Below are positions 6,795-17,626 of a stretch of 39,530 nucleotides of DNA, one piece after another. The DNA lies in NCBI GenBank assembly GCA_011620345.1, contig WOZJ01000011.1, positions 1 through 39,530 of the forward strand, read 5' to 3'. The stretch's first letter is position 1. Each line of letters begins with the position of its first letter. The notes under the pieces are model-generated. The model saw only the letters and a program-made list of their open reading frames with translations. It searched no databases and was not told the origin of the DNA. Both the position numbers and the translations under genes were made by a program. This DNA comes from Nitrospirota bacterium (GTDB taxonomy: Bacteria > UBA2233).

Positions 6795-7198
6795 AGGGGA
6801 TACCCTCCATATACGTTAGTGGGAAACACAAAAATTACCTTGTCCCCGAAGGTAGCATAAAAGGGAATAGAATGCAATATACTTTAATTAGTCGAATAAA
6901 GCCATGTATATAAGAGTATATAATGTAGCGTATATGTGCATAAACGCCTTATAACAAGCCATGCGTAAAAAACCAGGAAATTTTTCCATACATAAAAACC
7001 TGAATCTATTGTAAATATATATGGCGATCGATAAAGTACACAACAAATCGGCCATTCACCCTCTTGTTTCCTAAGCCTTAGGAGGTTGCTATGATGAAAA
7101 AGAAGGATTGTGCTTTTCGTTTAGATAGGCTAAACTACCCGCTTATGGTGCGGTTTTTAAGGATTCTGTGATCAAAGGGAGGCGAAAAGAGCAAAGAC
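6795..7198. promoter_or_regulatory. AT-rich divergent regulatory region between the Mo-enzyme operon and rpsB
   Basis: 404-nt region visibly AT-rich relative to flanking genes, with TATATA repeats and short palindromes. Confidence 0.7.
7108..7136 (+). promoter_or_regulatory. Putative sigma70 promoter of the rpsB operon
   Basis: TTGTGC-N17-TAAACT, about 60 nt upstream of the rpsB ATG. Confidence 0.45.
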
Positions 7199-8001
7199 AT
7201 GGTGAACCCAGGGCAAGTCTCGATCAGGCAAATGCTGGAAGCCGGCGCTCATTTCGGGCATCAAGTGCGCAGGTGGAACCCAAAAATGAAGCCCTATATC
7301 TTCGGCCAGCGAAACGGCCTGTATATCATCGACCTTCAAAAGACCGTCAAGTTTTACGAAGAAGCCCTTACTTTCCTCAGGGAAGTTGGAGCACGCGGAG
7401 GAAAAGTGCTTTTCGTCGGCACAAAGCCTCAAACCCAGGAAGTTATTCGGGAACAGGCGAGCCGGTGTGGAATGCCCTATGTCATCAAACGCTGGCTTGG
7501 TGGGATGTTGACGAACTTCCCAACAATTCGAAAGACCGTGGAACGCCTAGAGCAGATTGAGCAGATGGAAAAAGAAGGCCAGCTCGAGCTGCACACCAAG
7601 AAGGAGGCGACGAAGCTCCGCAAGGAGCGCGAAAAGCTTTTGACCTACTTAGGAGGCATCCAAACGATGACGAGGCTTCCAGATGCCCTCTTCGTCGTAG
7701 ATACCAAGAAAGAGGCTATTGCGATCCACGAGGCAAACATCTTAGGAATTCCCGTCGTTGGGCTGGTAGATACAAACGGCGACCCTGACTTTGTCGAATA
7801 CATCGTGCCCGCCAACGACGACGCGATCAAATCGGTCCGGTTTTTTGCCTCTGGCGTCGCCGATGTCCTTTTGGAGGGCATGAGGCTGGCCAAAGACATG
7901 GGGATTCGCGTGGACATTCCTCAAGATGGCGCTGTCGCGCCGCAGGGCATGCCCTCGGGATCCATCGAGGAGACCTTTTTGGAGGAGGGTGTGAGCAAGG
8001 C

Positions 8002-8005
<4 letters not shown>
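7199..8005 (+). CDS. rpsB: 30S ribosomal protein S2
   Basis: MLEAGAHFGHQVRRWNPKMKPYIF, LFVGTK, RWLGGMLTNF, PANDDAIKS motifs. Confidence 0.98.
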
Positions 8006-9262
<1,257 letters not shown>

Positions 9263-9265
9263 GCG

Positions 9266-9838
9266 ATGGAAGGAAAAGAAGGCGGAGCCTCAGCACTTTT
9301 CGATGAAACAAGGCAATCTATGGAAAAGACGCTGGAGGTGTTTTCCTCTGAGCTCACCAGCGTGCGGACTTCAAGGGCGCATGCTGGGCTCATAGAACAT
9401 CTTAAGGTCAATTACTACGGGAGTACGCTCCCCATGAACCAGGTGGCTACACTTTCGGTCCAGGATGCCAGGACGCTCATCGTGGAGCCGTGGGACAAGG
9501 CCATGCTTGAACCCCTTCAGAAGGTTGTTCAAAGTGCCAACCTAGGGGTCGGCGTTGCGAGCGACGGGGCCAAGTTGAGGGTTTCAATTCCAGAGCTTAC
9601 CCATGAAAGGCGTATCGAGGTTGTCAAATACGTGCACAAGCTCGGGGAGGATGCCAAGGTGGCGCTCAGGAACGTGCGTCGTCATACCCTCGATAGGCTC
9701 AAGAACCTTCAGAAAGACAAGATCCTTTCCGAAGACGACCTTCATAGGGCCCAAGACGAGCTCCAAAAGCTTACCGACCGGTTTATCGAGCAGGCGGATG
9801 TGCTCTTGAACCGCAAGGAGCGCGAAATCCTGGCCTAA
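9266..9838 (+). CDS. frr: Ribosome recycling factor
   Basis: VRTSRA, VNYYGS, EPWDK, PELTHERR, KVALRNVRR, LSEDD motifs; canonical position after pyrH. Confidence 0.96.
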   Translation: MEGKEGGASALFDETRQSMEKTLEVFSSELTSVRTSRAHAGLIEHLKVNYYGSTLPMNQVATLSVQDARTLIVEPWDKAMLEPLQKVVQSANLGVGVASDGAKLRVSIPELTHERRIEVVKYVHKLGEDAKVALRNVRRHTLDRLKNLQKDKILSEDDLHRAQDELQKLTDRFIEQADVLLNRKEREILA

Positions 9839-9860
9839 GGACTTAGGAAGAGGATGCCTT

Positions 9861-10358
9861 ATGCTAAGTGAAGTCAAGGTAGCCGGATTGGTCAAGGATC
9901 CTTTTCAGGATACTTGGATCGTTATGCTCGAAGAGAAGGAGGGGAAGCGCGTTCTTCCCATATGGATCGGGCAGTTCGAGGCCCAAGCGATTCTTATGGA
10001 GATGGGCCATAAGACGCCGCCAAGGCCGCTCACGCACGACCTCATGAAGTCGCTGCTCATCGCGCTCGATGCGATCGTAGAGCATATTGTCGTCTGCGAT
10101 TTGGTGGGATCTACTTTTTATGCGAAACTTCATATCCAGAAGGACGGGAAAACGTTCGAGGTCGATGCAAGGCCGTCCGATTCGGTCGCTTTGGCCCTTA
10201 GGTTCCAGGCGCCGATCTACGTCGATGCCAAGGTCATTGACCAGGCAGGGCTCGAGAGCCCAAAGGGATTGGTCAAGGAGGCGAGGAAAGAGTCAGACAA
10301 TTGGATCGATGACATGTTTCGAGACCTCGAGGGGAAGGAGAAGGGTAAGGAGGAGTAA
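9861..10358 (+). CDS. Bifunctional nuclease family protein (DUF151)
   Basis: LPIWIGQFEAQAI, PPRPLTHDL, FYAKL, DARPSDSVALALR motifs. Confidence 0.92.
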   Translation: MLSEVKVAGLVKDPFQDTWIVMLEEKEGKRVLPIWIGQFEAQAILMEMGHKTPPRPLTHDLMKSLLIALDAIVEHIVVCDLVGSTFYAKLHIQKDGKTFEVDARPSDSVALALRFQAPIYVDAKVIDQAGLESPKGLVKEARKESDNWIDDMFRDLEGKEKGKEE

Positions 10359-11066
10359 ATGCTGGAGGTGTCTGGCCTAACGAAGCGCTACGGGGACATC
10401 CTCGCGGTTGACGACATCGGGTTTCAGCTGGAGAAGGGGGAAGTTGCCGCCTTTCTTGGGCCGAACGGTGCCGGGAAGACCACGACGCTTCGAATTGTAA
10501 CGGGCTATTTGCCTCCCACGGCGGGAGCAGTGCTTATTGGGGGGGTCGATTTGAGGCGCGAGCCTACAAAGGCCAAACGGATGGTCGGTTATCTCCCCGA
10601 AATCCCTCCGCTCTACCCGGAAATGCGGGTCGAGGGATACTTGCGGTTCGTAGGTAAGCTCAAGGGCCTTAGAAAGCAAGAGCTCGAAAAAGCAATCGAA
10701 GAGGCAATCGATCGTTGTCGGCTTAAAGATGTCCGGAAACGGTTTGTGTATGCTCTCTCTAAGGGTTACCGGCAACGGTTGGGGCTTGCCCAGGCGATTC
10801 TCGGAAACCCAGGGCTTTTGATTCTCGACGAGCCGACGGCCGGGCTGGACCCAGCCCAGATCGTCGATATGCGTTCGTTCATTCTGGAGCTCAAAGGCTC
10901 CCACACCATTCTTCTAAGTACCCATATCCTTTCCGAGGCGGCCCAGATTTGCAACCGTGTCCTGATCATTCACAAAGGAAAGCTGGTGGGCGACGGGACG
11001 CTCGAACAATTCGCAACGGGAAGGAGCCTCGAAGAAACTTATATGAGCCTGGTCGCGTATTCTTAA
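10359..11066 (+). CDS. ABC transporter ATP-binding protein (GldA-like)
   Basis: Walker A GPNGAGKTT, signature LSKGYRQR, Walker B LILDEPT, STH motif. Confidence 0.93.
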   Translation: MLEVSGLTKRYGDILAVDDIGFQLEKGEVAAFLGPNGAGKTTTLRIVTGYLPPTAGAVLIGGVDLRREPTKAKRMVGYLPEIPPLYPEMRVEGYLRFVGKLKGLRKQELEKAIEEAIDRCRLKDVRKRFVYALSKGYRQRLGLAQAILGNPGLLILDEPTAGLDPAQIVDMRSFILELKGSHTILLSTHILSEAAQICNRVLIIHKGKLVGDGTLEQFATGRSLEETYMSLVAYS

Positions 11067-11147
11067 CGATCTTTTAAGACGTTTGGTTGCCCTCTCCAGC
11101 TGAAGGGGGATGATAGACAAGAAGGCTATGGATAAGGGAAAACGCGT

Positions 11148-11921
11148 ATGCGCAAAACGATGACGATTGCCCTCAAAGACCTTCGTGCGTACTTTGTTTC
11201 ACCCATCGGCTACACCGTGCTGAGCGTATTCCTCTTGCTCACGGGCTGGCTGTTCAACGGGTTGATCAACCGTTACATCATGATCACCATGTACTACCAA
11301 CAGATGGGGAACCCCTCGGCGTTCAGGGATTTCAACCTCAATACTCAGATTTTGACGCCGTTTTTCCATAACATGGTCTTTGTGTTTATTTTTATTGTTC
11401 CCTTGTTTACGATGCGCCTGTTCGCCGAAGAACGAAAGATGCGCACCGACGAGCTGCTGATGACCCTCCCTCTTGAGGATATTCATATTCTCATGGGGAA
11501 GTTTTTCGCCGGCCTTTCGTTTTTAGGGATCGTCTTGATCTCTACCGTCGTATTCCCCATTCTGCTCGTCATTTACGGAAACCCGGACGTTGGCCCGATC
11601 TTTTCTGGGTATCTTGGGGTATTCCTTGTCGGGGCGGCCTTCGTTTCCGTCGGGCTGTTTGCTAGCTTCACGACAGAAAACCAGGTGGTCGCGGCTATAG
11701 TGAGCTTCGTAATTTTTCTTCTGCTATACCTTATCAATATCAACGTTCCCGAGGCCGAAAGTTCGTTTAAGTCGGTTTTGATGTACCTGTCTTTGTTCGA
11801 CCAGATGGATTCGTTCGCCAAGGGTTTGATCGCTTTGCCGAACATTGTTTACCTAGTCAGTTTCTGCGTTTTAGGTCTCTTTTTGGGGAAAATTGCAATT
11901 GAAATTCGGCGTTGGAGGTAG
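11148..11921 (+). CDS. ABC-2 transporter permease (GldF-like)
   Basis: YFVSPIGY, TMRLFAEERK..TDELLMTLP, GKF, TENQVVAA; about six hydrophobic segments. Confidence 0.9.
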   Translation: MRKTMTIALKDLRAYFVSPIGYTVLSVFLLLTGWLFNGLINRYIMITMYYQQMGNPSAFRDFNLNTQILTPFFHNMVFVFIFIVPLFTMRLFAEERKMRTDELLMTLPLEDIHILMGKFFAGLSFLGIVLISTVVFPILLVIYGNPDVGPIFSGYLGVFLVGAAFVSVGLFASFTTENQVVAAIVSFVIFLLLYLININVPEAESSFKSVLMYLSLFDQMDSFAKGLIALPNIVYLVSFCVLGLFLGKIAIEIRRWR

Positions 11922-11926
11922 CTTCC

Positions 11927-13444
11927 ATGCCCCTTCGGTTCAGGCCGCTTTTGTTTTTGGGGCTCTGTTGTCTCGCTTTCGGAGCGCTCTTCATTTTTTC
12001 GAGTCAAAGCGTTCTTGTCCTGTACTCGCGGGTCAACCTTGCGTTAGGAGGCCTGTGCATTCTTTCGTTCGTTGCGATCAACGCACGCTCCCTAAAAGCT
12101 TTTTTCCCCGGGAAGGAGGCAAGAAGGTTCTCCGAAACGACGGTGTATGCCCTGTTGTTCATCGGGACGATCGTCGCGCTGAACTTCTTTGCCTACCGGC
12201 ATCCAGTTCGTGCCGACTTGACCCAGGAAAAAGTGTTTACGCTCTCCGAGCAGTCGAAGGCGCTCCTTAGCGAGCTTCGCTCTCCCATCACGATCTATGC
12301 CTTTGTCAAAGGCGGCCAAGACCCTAGGGCCGAAGACTTGCTTAAAACGTATCATCACTACAACCCGGGGCTTGTACGCTACGAATTGGTCGATCCAAAC
12401 CAGCGGCCAGATTTGGCTGAAAAGTACGGCATCCGTCGTTATGGAGTCTTTGTCGTCACGGACGGTAGTCAGTTTCGTATGGCCGAGGAGGCGCTCGAAG
12501 AAAGCGTTACAAACGCAATGCTCGGGTTGCTGAAAACCAGAGACCGCGTCGTGTATCTTCTTGAAGGCCATGGGGAACGGGGGGTTCAGGACGGGAGCGA
12601 AGAAGGCCTCAAGGCGTTTATGGATCAGCTCGAGCGTGAAGGTTTTCGGGTGAAGTCCTTGTTGTTGGCGAGCGTAGGAAAAGTGCCGGACGATGCCAAT
12701 GTGCTTGCGGTTATCGGTCCGAAAAAGCCTTTTCTCAACGAAGAAATCGAGAGGATTAAGGCGTATCTCGATAAAGGTGGGAAGCTGTATTTCTGCCTTG
12801 ACCCCAACACGCAAACAAACCTCGAGCCTTTTTTGGCAAGCCTTGGGGTGGAGACGGGCAACGATATCGTGATCGATATGCAGCTTCGGCTATTTCAGGG
12901 GCCCGTTTTGGGGCTTGACCCTATCGTTCAGGACTACGAAATGCACCCGATTACCAAAAGCCTGACGGGTAGGACGTTGTTTTCCATGGTAAGGTCTATC
13001 CGGCCTAAGCGACCCCTGCCCAAAGGAGTGAGCGCAGAGCCGATCGTCAAGACCTCGCCGGCGAGCTGGGCCGAGACCGATATTCATCGAGTACTCGAGA
13101 AGTCGGAAGCCACGATGGAGGAGGAAAAAGATGTCCAAGGACCCATTCCGATTGCCGTAGCCTGGCAAAGGGGGGACGCGAGGATGGTCGTGTTCGGAGA
13201 CAGTGATTTTCTCAAGAACGCCTTCTTTAACAAACTCTTTAACGCGGACTTGGCGTTGAACGGCATGAACTGGCTTGCGGAGAACACGACGCTCCTTACG
13301 ATTCGCCCCAAAGGGGGAAAGGCGGCCTTCTTGTTCTTGACTCCGGCACAGATTGACACGATATTCGTGTTTGGCGTCCTGATAATTCCCCAGCTTCTGT
13401 TTGCCCTTGGGTTGATTGTCTGGGATTGGAGGAGGCGAGGCTGA
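11927..13444 (+). CDS. GldG-like ABC-system periplasmic/auxiliary membrane protein
   Basis: Three N-terminal TM segments, DLTQEKVFTLSEQS, YLLEGHGE, VVFGDSDF, NADLALNGMNWL, C-terminal TM + WRRR; ATG at 11927 after GGAGG. Confidence 0.88.
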   Translation: MPLRFRPLLFLGLCCLAFGALFIFSSQSVLVLYSRVNLALGGLCILSFVAINARSLKAFFPGKEARRFSETTVYALLFIGTIVALNFFAYRHPVRADLTQEKVFTLSEQSKALLSELRSPITIYAFVKGGQDPRAEDLLKTYHHYNPGLVRYELVDPNQRPDLAEKYGIRRYGVFVVTDGSQFRMAEEALEESVTNAMLGLLKTRDRVVYLLEGHGERGVQDGSEEGLKAFMDQLEREGFRVKSLLLASVGKVPDDANVLAVIGPKKPFLNEEIERIKAYLDKGGKLYFCLDPNTQTNLEPFLASLGVETGNDIVIDMQLRLFQGPVLGLDPIVQDYEMHPITKSLTGRTLFSMVRSIRPKRPLPKGVSAEPIVKTSPASWAETDIHRVLEKSEATMEEEKDVQGPIPIAVAWQRGDARMVVFGDSDFLKNAFFNKLFNADLALNGMNWLAENTTLLTIRPKGGKAAFLFLTPAQIDTIFVFGVLIIPQLLFALGLIVWDWRRRG

Positions 13445-14796
13445 TGTCGTGGCGCACGCTAGGCGCCCTTGTCGCGTTTCTTCTGGTGTGCGGGTCTGTA
13501 TACTACCTAGAGGTCTACAGGCATCAAGAGGTACGACAAGGCGAGTCGGGAAAAAAGTTGCTGTCATTTCAGAAAGACAACGTCCGGGCGATCGAGATCA
13601 TCGAAGGCGACAAGCAAATACGACTTGCAAGACGCGGAGAGTACTGGTTTCTTGAGAAACCGATGGAATCGCTTGCATCGGCCGATGAGGTGAACTACTT
13701 GCTAGATGCGCTCCTTGGCATGGAAAAGAATGAAGAACTCACTCCGTCTGGCAGGTTGAGCCCGGTTGCATACGGAATCGGCCCTGGCTCCTCCGAGGTT
13801 CGGCTTACGCTTGAGGGCGGAAAGGTAGTTCGCCTGTGGGTGGGCAAGAAGGCACCCGTGGAGTACGCTCAGTATCTTGCGCTAGGAGAGCAAAGCCACG
13901 TTTTCCTCGTCAACTCCGTCCTGGACTACACCCTAGGGAAGAACGTGGACGAGTTCAGAGAGCGACGCTTGTTCGCCATGGGTGCGAACCAACCCGTGGA
14001 AGTCACAATTCGAACGAACGACGTTTCTTTGACCATACGGAAACAAGATGGGAGCTGGCGGGTGGAAAGCCCTAAAGAGCCCGAATACGACGATGCGGAG
14101 GTTTCGCTGCTTGGGACCGCGATTGAGGGACTAAAAAGACAAGAATTTCTTGACGACGTAGCAGCTGGGCTCAAGGAACGAATTCGCTCCGAGGTGAAGG
14201 GCCGCATCGAGGTCGTCACCAAAGAAGGCAAAAAATGGAACCTTTTGATCGGCCCGCAGGAGAAAGAATCGCACCTTGCCTTGCTAGAGCCCGGTAGCGA
14301 GGCCTTTCGTCTCACGAGTTACGACGTGAGCGCCATTTTAAAAACTCCGGTGGCGCTGCAGAAGAAAGAGGTGTTTTCTGTCTCGGGAAAAGACCTGCAA
14401 GAAATCCGGATCGTTCGTTATCTCCCTTACAGCAAAGCGGGAAACCTGACGTTTATCGTACGAAAGGAAGGGGAAGAATACGGCCTACTTCAAGGAGGCA
14501 AGCCCCGCAAGCCTGCTTATAACTTATCCATTTTTGTCGATAACCTGCTTGGGGTACGTGCACGAGATGTTCTCGAAGGGAAGCCCGAAGCGATCTCTAG
14601 CGTAGGCTTGGATAAGCCGGACTTTACGGTAACACTCGTTACCTCGGGCGGGTCCACCACGGAAGCCGCCTTGAAAAGGACGCAAAGGGACGGGGGAACT
14701 AAAGTCTTTTTGAAGGTTATGGGAAAGGATGCCTATTGCGAGGTCGATCCGTTACTATGGGATCGGTTGGATCGCTTAACCCGGCCGGTTTCTTGA
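13444..14796 (+). CDS. DUF4340 domain-containing membrane-anchored protein
   Basis: TGATG overlap with the GldG-like gene; single N-terminal TM; repeated modules (W.LEKP..A, YGI, FRERRLF, VGLDKP); usual fourth gene of these ABC clusters. Confidence 0.8.
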   Translation: MSWRTLGALVAFLLVCGSVYYLEVYRHQEVRQGESGKKLLSFQKDNVRAIEIIEGDKQIRLARRGEYWFLEKPMESLASADEVNYLLDALLGMEKNEELTPSGRLSPVAYGIGPGSSEVRLTLEGGKVVRLWVGKKAPVEYAQYLALGEQSHVFLVNSVLDYTLGKNVDEFRERRLFAMGANQPVEVTIRTNDVSLTIRKQDGSWRVESPKEPEYDDAEVSLLGTAIEGLKRQEFLDDVAAGLKERIRSEVKGRIEVVTKEGKKWNLLIGPQEKESHLALLEPGSEAFRLTSYDVSAILKTPVALQKKEVFSVSGKDLQEIRIVRYLPYSKAGNLTFIVRKEGEEYGLLQGGKPRKPAYNLSIFVDNLLGVRARDVLEGKPEAISSVGLDKPDFTVTLVTSGGSTTEAALKRTQRDGGTKVFLKVMGKDAYCEVDPLLWDRLDRLTRPVS

Positions 14797-14887
14797 GGGG
14801 GTTGCCAGTTATTGCCTTGACATTCCATTCGGCATGGACATTTATCTTATTAGTAGAGAGAGTTTGCCTATTAAGCCCGAATGAGAA

Positions 14888-15892
14888 ATGCCACAAAAAA
14901 GAGTAAGCGCGGAGCGTGGTCATTTGAACGCAAGGGACGAGGATCTGCTCCGTCAGCTAGTTGAGTTGCATACGACAGCAGGGCGGCCGATCGGCTCAAA
15001 GGTTCTTTCGGAAAGGACAGGGGGGGGAGGTTTGTCTCCTTCTTCTATCCGGAACGCGATGGCCAAGTTAAAAAAGGAGGGTTACGTGTCTCAGCGCCAC
15101 CCTTCTGGCGGGCGCATCCCTACAGTGAAGGCCTACCGATATTACGCCGACCATCTACTCAAGCCCAGGAAGCCTTCCCCTGCCATGCTTCGCCGACTGG
15201 AAAATGGGCTTTCAGGGGCTCTTAACTGGAATGAGGGCGGAGGAGATTTCCTCATGCTTTCCCGTGTTTTGGCCACCCTATCCAATCAGGCTGGAATCGT
15301 CGCTCTTAAGCCTCCTAGCCGGAAACCTGGGCTTACGATTGCCGAAGGTATGAGTTTTGAAGGAAGGGCATTCTATGCCTTCTTGGAGCATATGCTTAAG
15401 AATCCTCTTGCCTTCCTGGGATCCATGCCCCTTAAGGCCGTCGGCTTGGAAATGAACCGCTGGAAGGCTTCGTTGTTGCTTTCAGTAACCGAGACGTCGC
15501 ATATCCAGGGTGGAGAAGGGGAGTTGGCGGTCTTCTGGGAAGGCATAGGCAACCTTGCGATGACCCCAGAGTTCGGCTCTACGGAAGGCTTGCGGCAGCT
15601 ATTTGAGATGCTAGAAGAGCGGGAGAGGATTGGAGAAGCCTTGATTCAGGCTATCCAAGCCCGTAAGCAACGGGTTGAAGTCTTGTTTTCGCGTCTGGAC
15701 CTTGGGCTTCGCTGGAAAACGGAATTATCCTACGTAGTCTCTACGCACGCATCCAAAGAGGCCGGGGATGTGGTGATAGGAGTTGTAGGGCCCATACGGA
15801 TGGACTATGCCAGTGTGGTTCCTTTTGTCGCCCATGTGGCGGGAATGCTCGAGGAAAGAACTGCGATAACGCTCAAGAGAGGCTTTTCTTAG
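14888..15892 (+). CDS. hrcA: Heat-inducible transcription repressor HrcA (divergent)
   Basis: PIGSK..LS..IRNAMAKL...GY...H.SGGRIPT..AYRYY N-terminal wHTH; C-terminal IGVVGPIRMDY; upstream of grpE. Confidence 0.88.
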   Translation: MPQKRVSAERGHLNARDEDLLRQLVELHTTAGRPIGSKVLSERTGGGGLSPSSIRNAMAKLKKEGYVSQRHPSGGRIPTVKAYRYYADHLLKPRKPSPAMLRRLENGLSGALNWNEGGGDFLMLSRVLATLSNQAGIVALKPPSRKPGLTIAEGMSFEGRAFYAFLEHMLKNPLAFLGSMPLKAVGLEMNRWKASLLLSVTETSHIQGGEGELAVFWEGIGNLAMTPEFGSTEGLRQLFEMLEERERIGEALIQAIQARKQRVEVLFSRLDLGLRWKTELSYVVSTHASKEAGDVVIGVVGPIRMDYASVVPFVAHVAGMLEERTAITLKRGFS

Positions 15893-15904
15893 GAGGGAAT
15901 GACG

Positions 15905-16522
15905 ATGCCTGACGCTGAGGAAAGGACCTCGGGGCCGCAAAGCGGCTCCGAGGATGCAGGAACGGTTCAAGTCGCCGAAAGAACGAATACGCCCGCGCCA
16001 GAATCCATATCCGAGGGGGAAAGAGGGCTCTTGGATACGATCGATGCGTTAAAGGGCGAACTGGGTAAAAACGAGGAGCGTATCCGGGAGTTGGAAGACC
16101 TGCTTCTTAGGGGCAGGGCAGAGCTGGAAAACTTAAGAAAGAGGTTTCAAAAAGAATCGCAAGAAGCGTTGAAGTACGCGATCGACCCGTTCGTGAAAGA
16201 CCTGTTGCCCTCGATCGATAATCTTGAGCGGGCCCTCGAGGCGGCCAAAGGTACGGACAATAGCGAAGCGCTCCTCCAAGGGGTTACGCTTACGCTAGGC
16301 GAGCTCAATCGGACCCTCGCCAAACATGGGGTTCAAGAAGTAAAAAGTGTTGGGCTTGCCTTCGATCCCAGGGTTCACGAGGCAATCGAGAGTCAAGAGA
16401 CGGAAGATGTGCCAAGCGGCCATGTAGCGAAAGAATACCAAAAAGGATACGCCCTCCATGGCAGGCTGATTAGGCCCGCCAGGGTTAGCGTAAGCGCCAA
16501 CAGGGCAGTAAAAGAGCCCTAA
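15905..16522 (+). CDS. grpE: Nucleotide exchange factor GrpE
   Basis: AELENLRKR, LLPSIDNLERAL, FDPRVHEAI, QKGY.LHGRLIRPARV; AGGAGG RBS 8 nt before ATG 15905 (alternative start 15899). Confidence 0.96.
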   Translation: MPDAEERTSGPQSGSEDAGTVQVAERTNTPAPESISEGERGLLDTIDALKGELGKNEERIRELEDLLLRGRAELENLRKRFQKESQEALKYAIDPFVKDLLPSIDNLERALEAAKGTDNSEALLQGVTLTLGELNRTLAKHGVQEVKSVGLAFDPRVHEAIESQETEDVPSGHVAKEYQKGYALHGRLIRPARVSVSANRAVKEP

Positions 16523-16537
16523 ACTTCGAGGGAGATT

Positions 16538-17626
16538 ATGCCGAAGGACTACTATACAGCCTTGGGTGTCCACCCGGAGGCGACTCAAGAGGAGATCAAA
16601 AAGGCATACAGAAAGCTTGCGCTCGAGTTCCATCCCGACAGGAACTCCGGAGACAAGGGTGCCGAAGAGCGGTTTAAGGAGATCCAGGAGGCTTATGAGG
16701 TGCTTCGGGACCCTAAGAAGCGCTATGCGTACGATAATGCGGGTTTCGGGTTATCGGGCAATCTAGGCGGTTCGGGCAGCGCGTTTGAAGACCTGTTTGG
16801 CGACTTCTTTGAAGACTTCTTCGGGCGGGGAACGGGGAGGTCTAAGAGGGCAAAGCGAGGTGCAGACCTACGCTACGACCTCGAGATCACCCTTGAAGAA
16901 GCGCTCCATGGGGCGGAAAAGGTGATTACGGTTCCAAGGGAGGAAGCCTGTGGCGCTTGCAACGGGACGGGAGCCAGGGACGGGGTGGCATATGTCCCCT
17001 GCGGCCAATGCAAGGGCACCGGCCAAATTCGTTACGCTCAAGGTTTTTTTGCCGTTCAAAAACCTTGCATGGCGTGCCGCGGCACAGGTCGGATCGTTCG
17101 AGAACGTTGCGAGCCATGCCATGGAGCCGGGCACCAAGAGGTTATGGACAAGTTGACGGTCAACCTTCCTCCAGGAACCTACGAAGGAATGAGACTTCTT
17201 GTTGAAGGGAAGGGGCAACGCGGATCGAACGGTGGAACGCATGGGGACTTTTACGTCTACGTGAAGTTCAAGCCCCATGAGATGTTCGTTGTCCGAGGTC
17301 TAGACTTGCATGCCGACCTGGACGTCCATTTTGTGGAGGCTGCGCTTGGGGCGCAAAAGACGATACCGACACTCGAGGGCTCGACAGAAATTCGCATTCC
17401 TCAGGGGTTAAACAAGGAGCAAATGCTGAAGATTTCCGGCCTTGGGCTCGCCTTGTACGGAAAGCCTGGAAGGGGAGATCTGTACGTCCATCTTAACGTA
17501 GCATTCCCCAAAAAACTGACGGCAGAGCAACGGGACCTACTCGTCAAACTGGGTAAGGAGTTCGGCATCGAGGTGCCACAGGGCGAAGGCGGCCTGCTAG
17601 GCAGGATCAAGGGTGCTTTCCGTTAG
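16538..17626 (+). CDS. dnaJ: Chaperone DnaJ (class A)
   Basis: J-domain with HPD, G/F region, four CxxCxGxG zinc-finger repeats, C-terminal substrate-binding domain. Confidence 0.96.
   Translation: MPKDYYTALGVHPEATQEEIKKAYRKLALEFHPDRNSGDKGAEERFKEIQEAYEVLRDPKKRYAYDNAGFGLSGNLGGSGSAFEDLFGDFFEDFFGRGTGRSKRAKRGADLRYDLEITLEEALHGAEKVITVPREEACGACNGTGARDGVAYVPCGQCKGTGQIRYAQGFFAVQKPCMACRGTGRIVRERCEPCHGAGHQEVMDKLTVNLPPGTYEGMRLLVEGKGQRGSNGGTHGDFYVYVKFKPHEMFVVRGLDLHADLDVHFVEAALGAQKTIPTLEGSTEIRIPQGLNKEQMLKISGLGLALYGKPGRGDLYVHLNVAFPKKLTAEQRDLLVKLGKEFGIEVPQGEGGLLGRIKGAFR

Noticed and set aside
6795-7198. FNR box, sigma54 promoter or Moco riboswitch upstream of the Mo enzyme
   Set aside because: No TTGAT-N4-ATCAA, no convincing TGGCAC-N5-TTGC, and no recognisable riboswitch fold by eye; an Rfam scan would be decisive.
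14797-14887. Canonical CIRCE element upstream of hrcA
   Set aside because: The consensus is not present; only a degenerate 25-bp repeat, reported as a finding.
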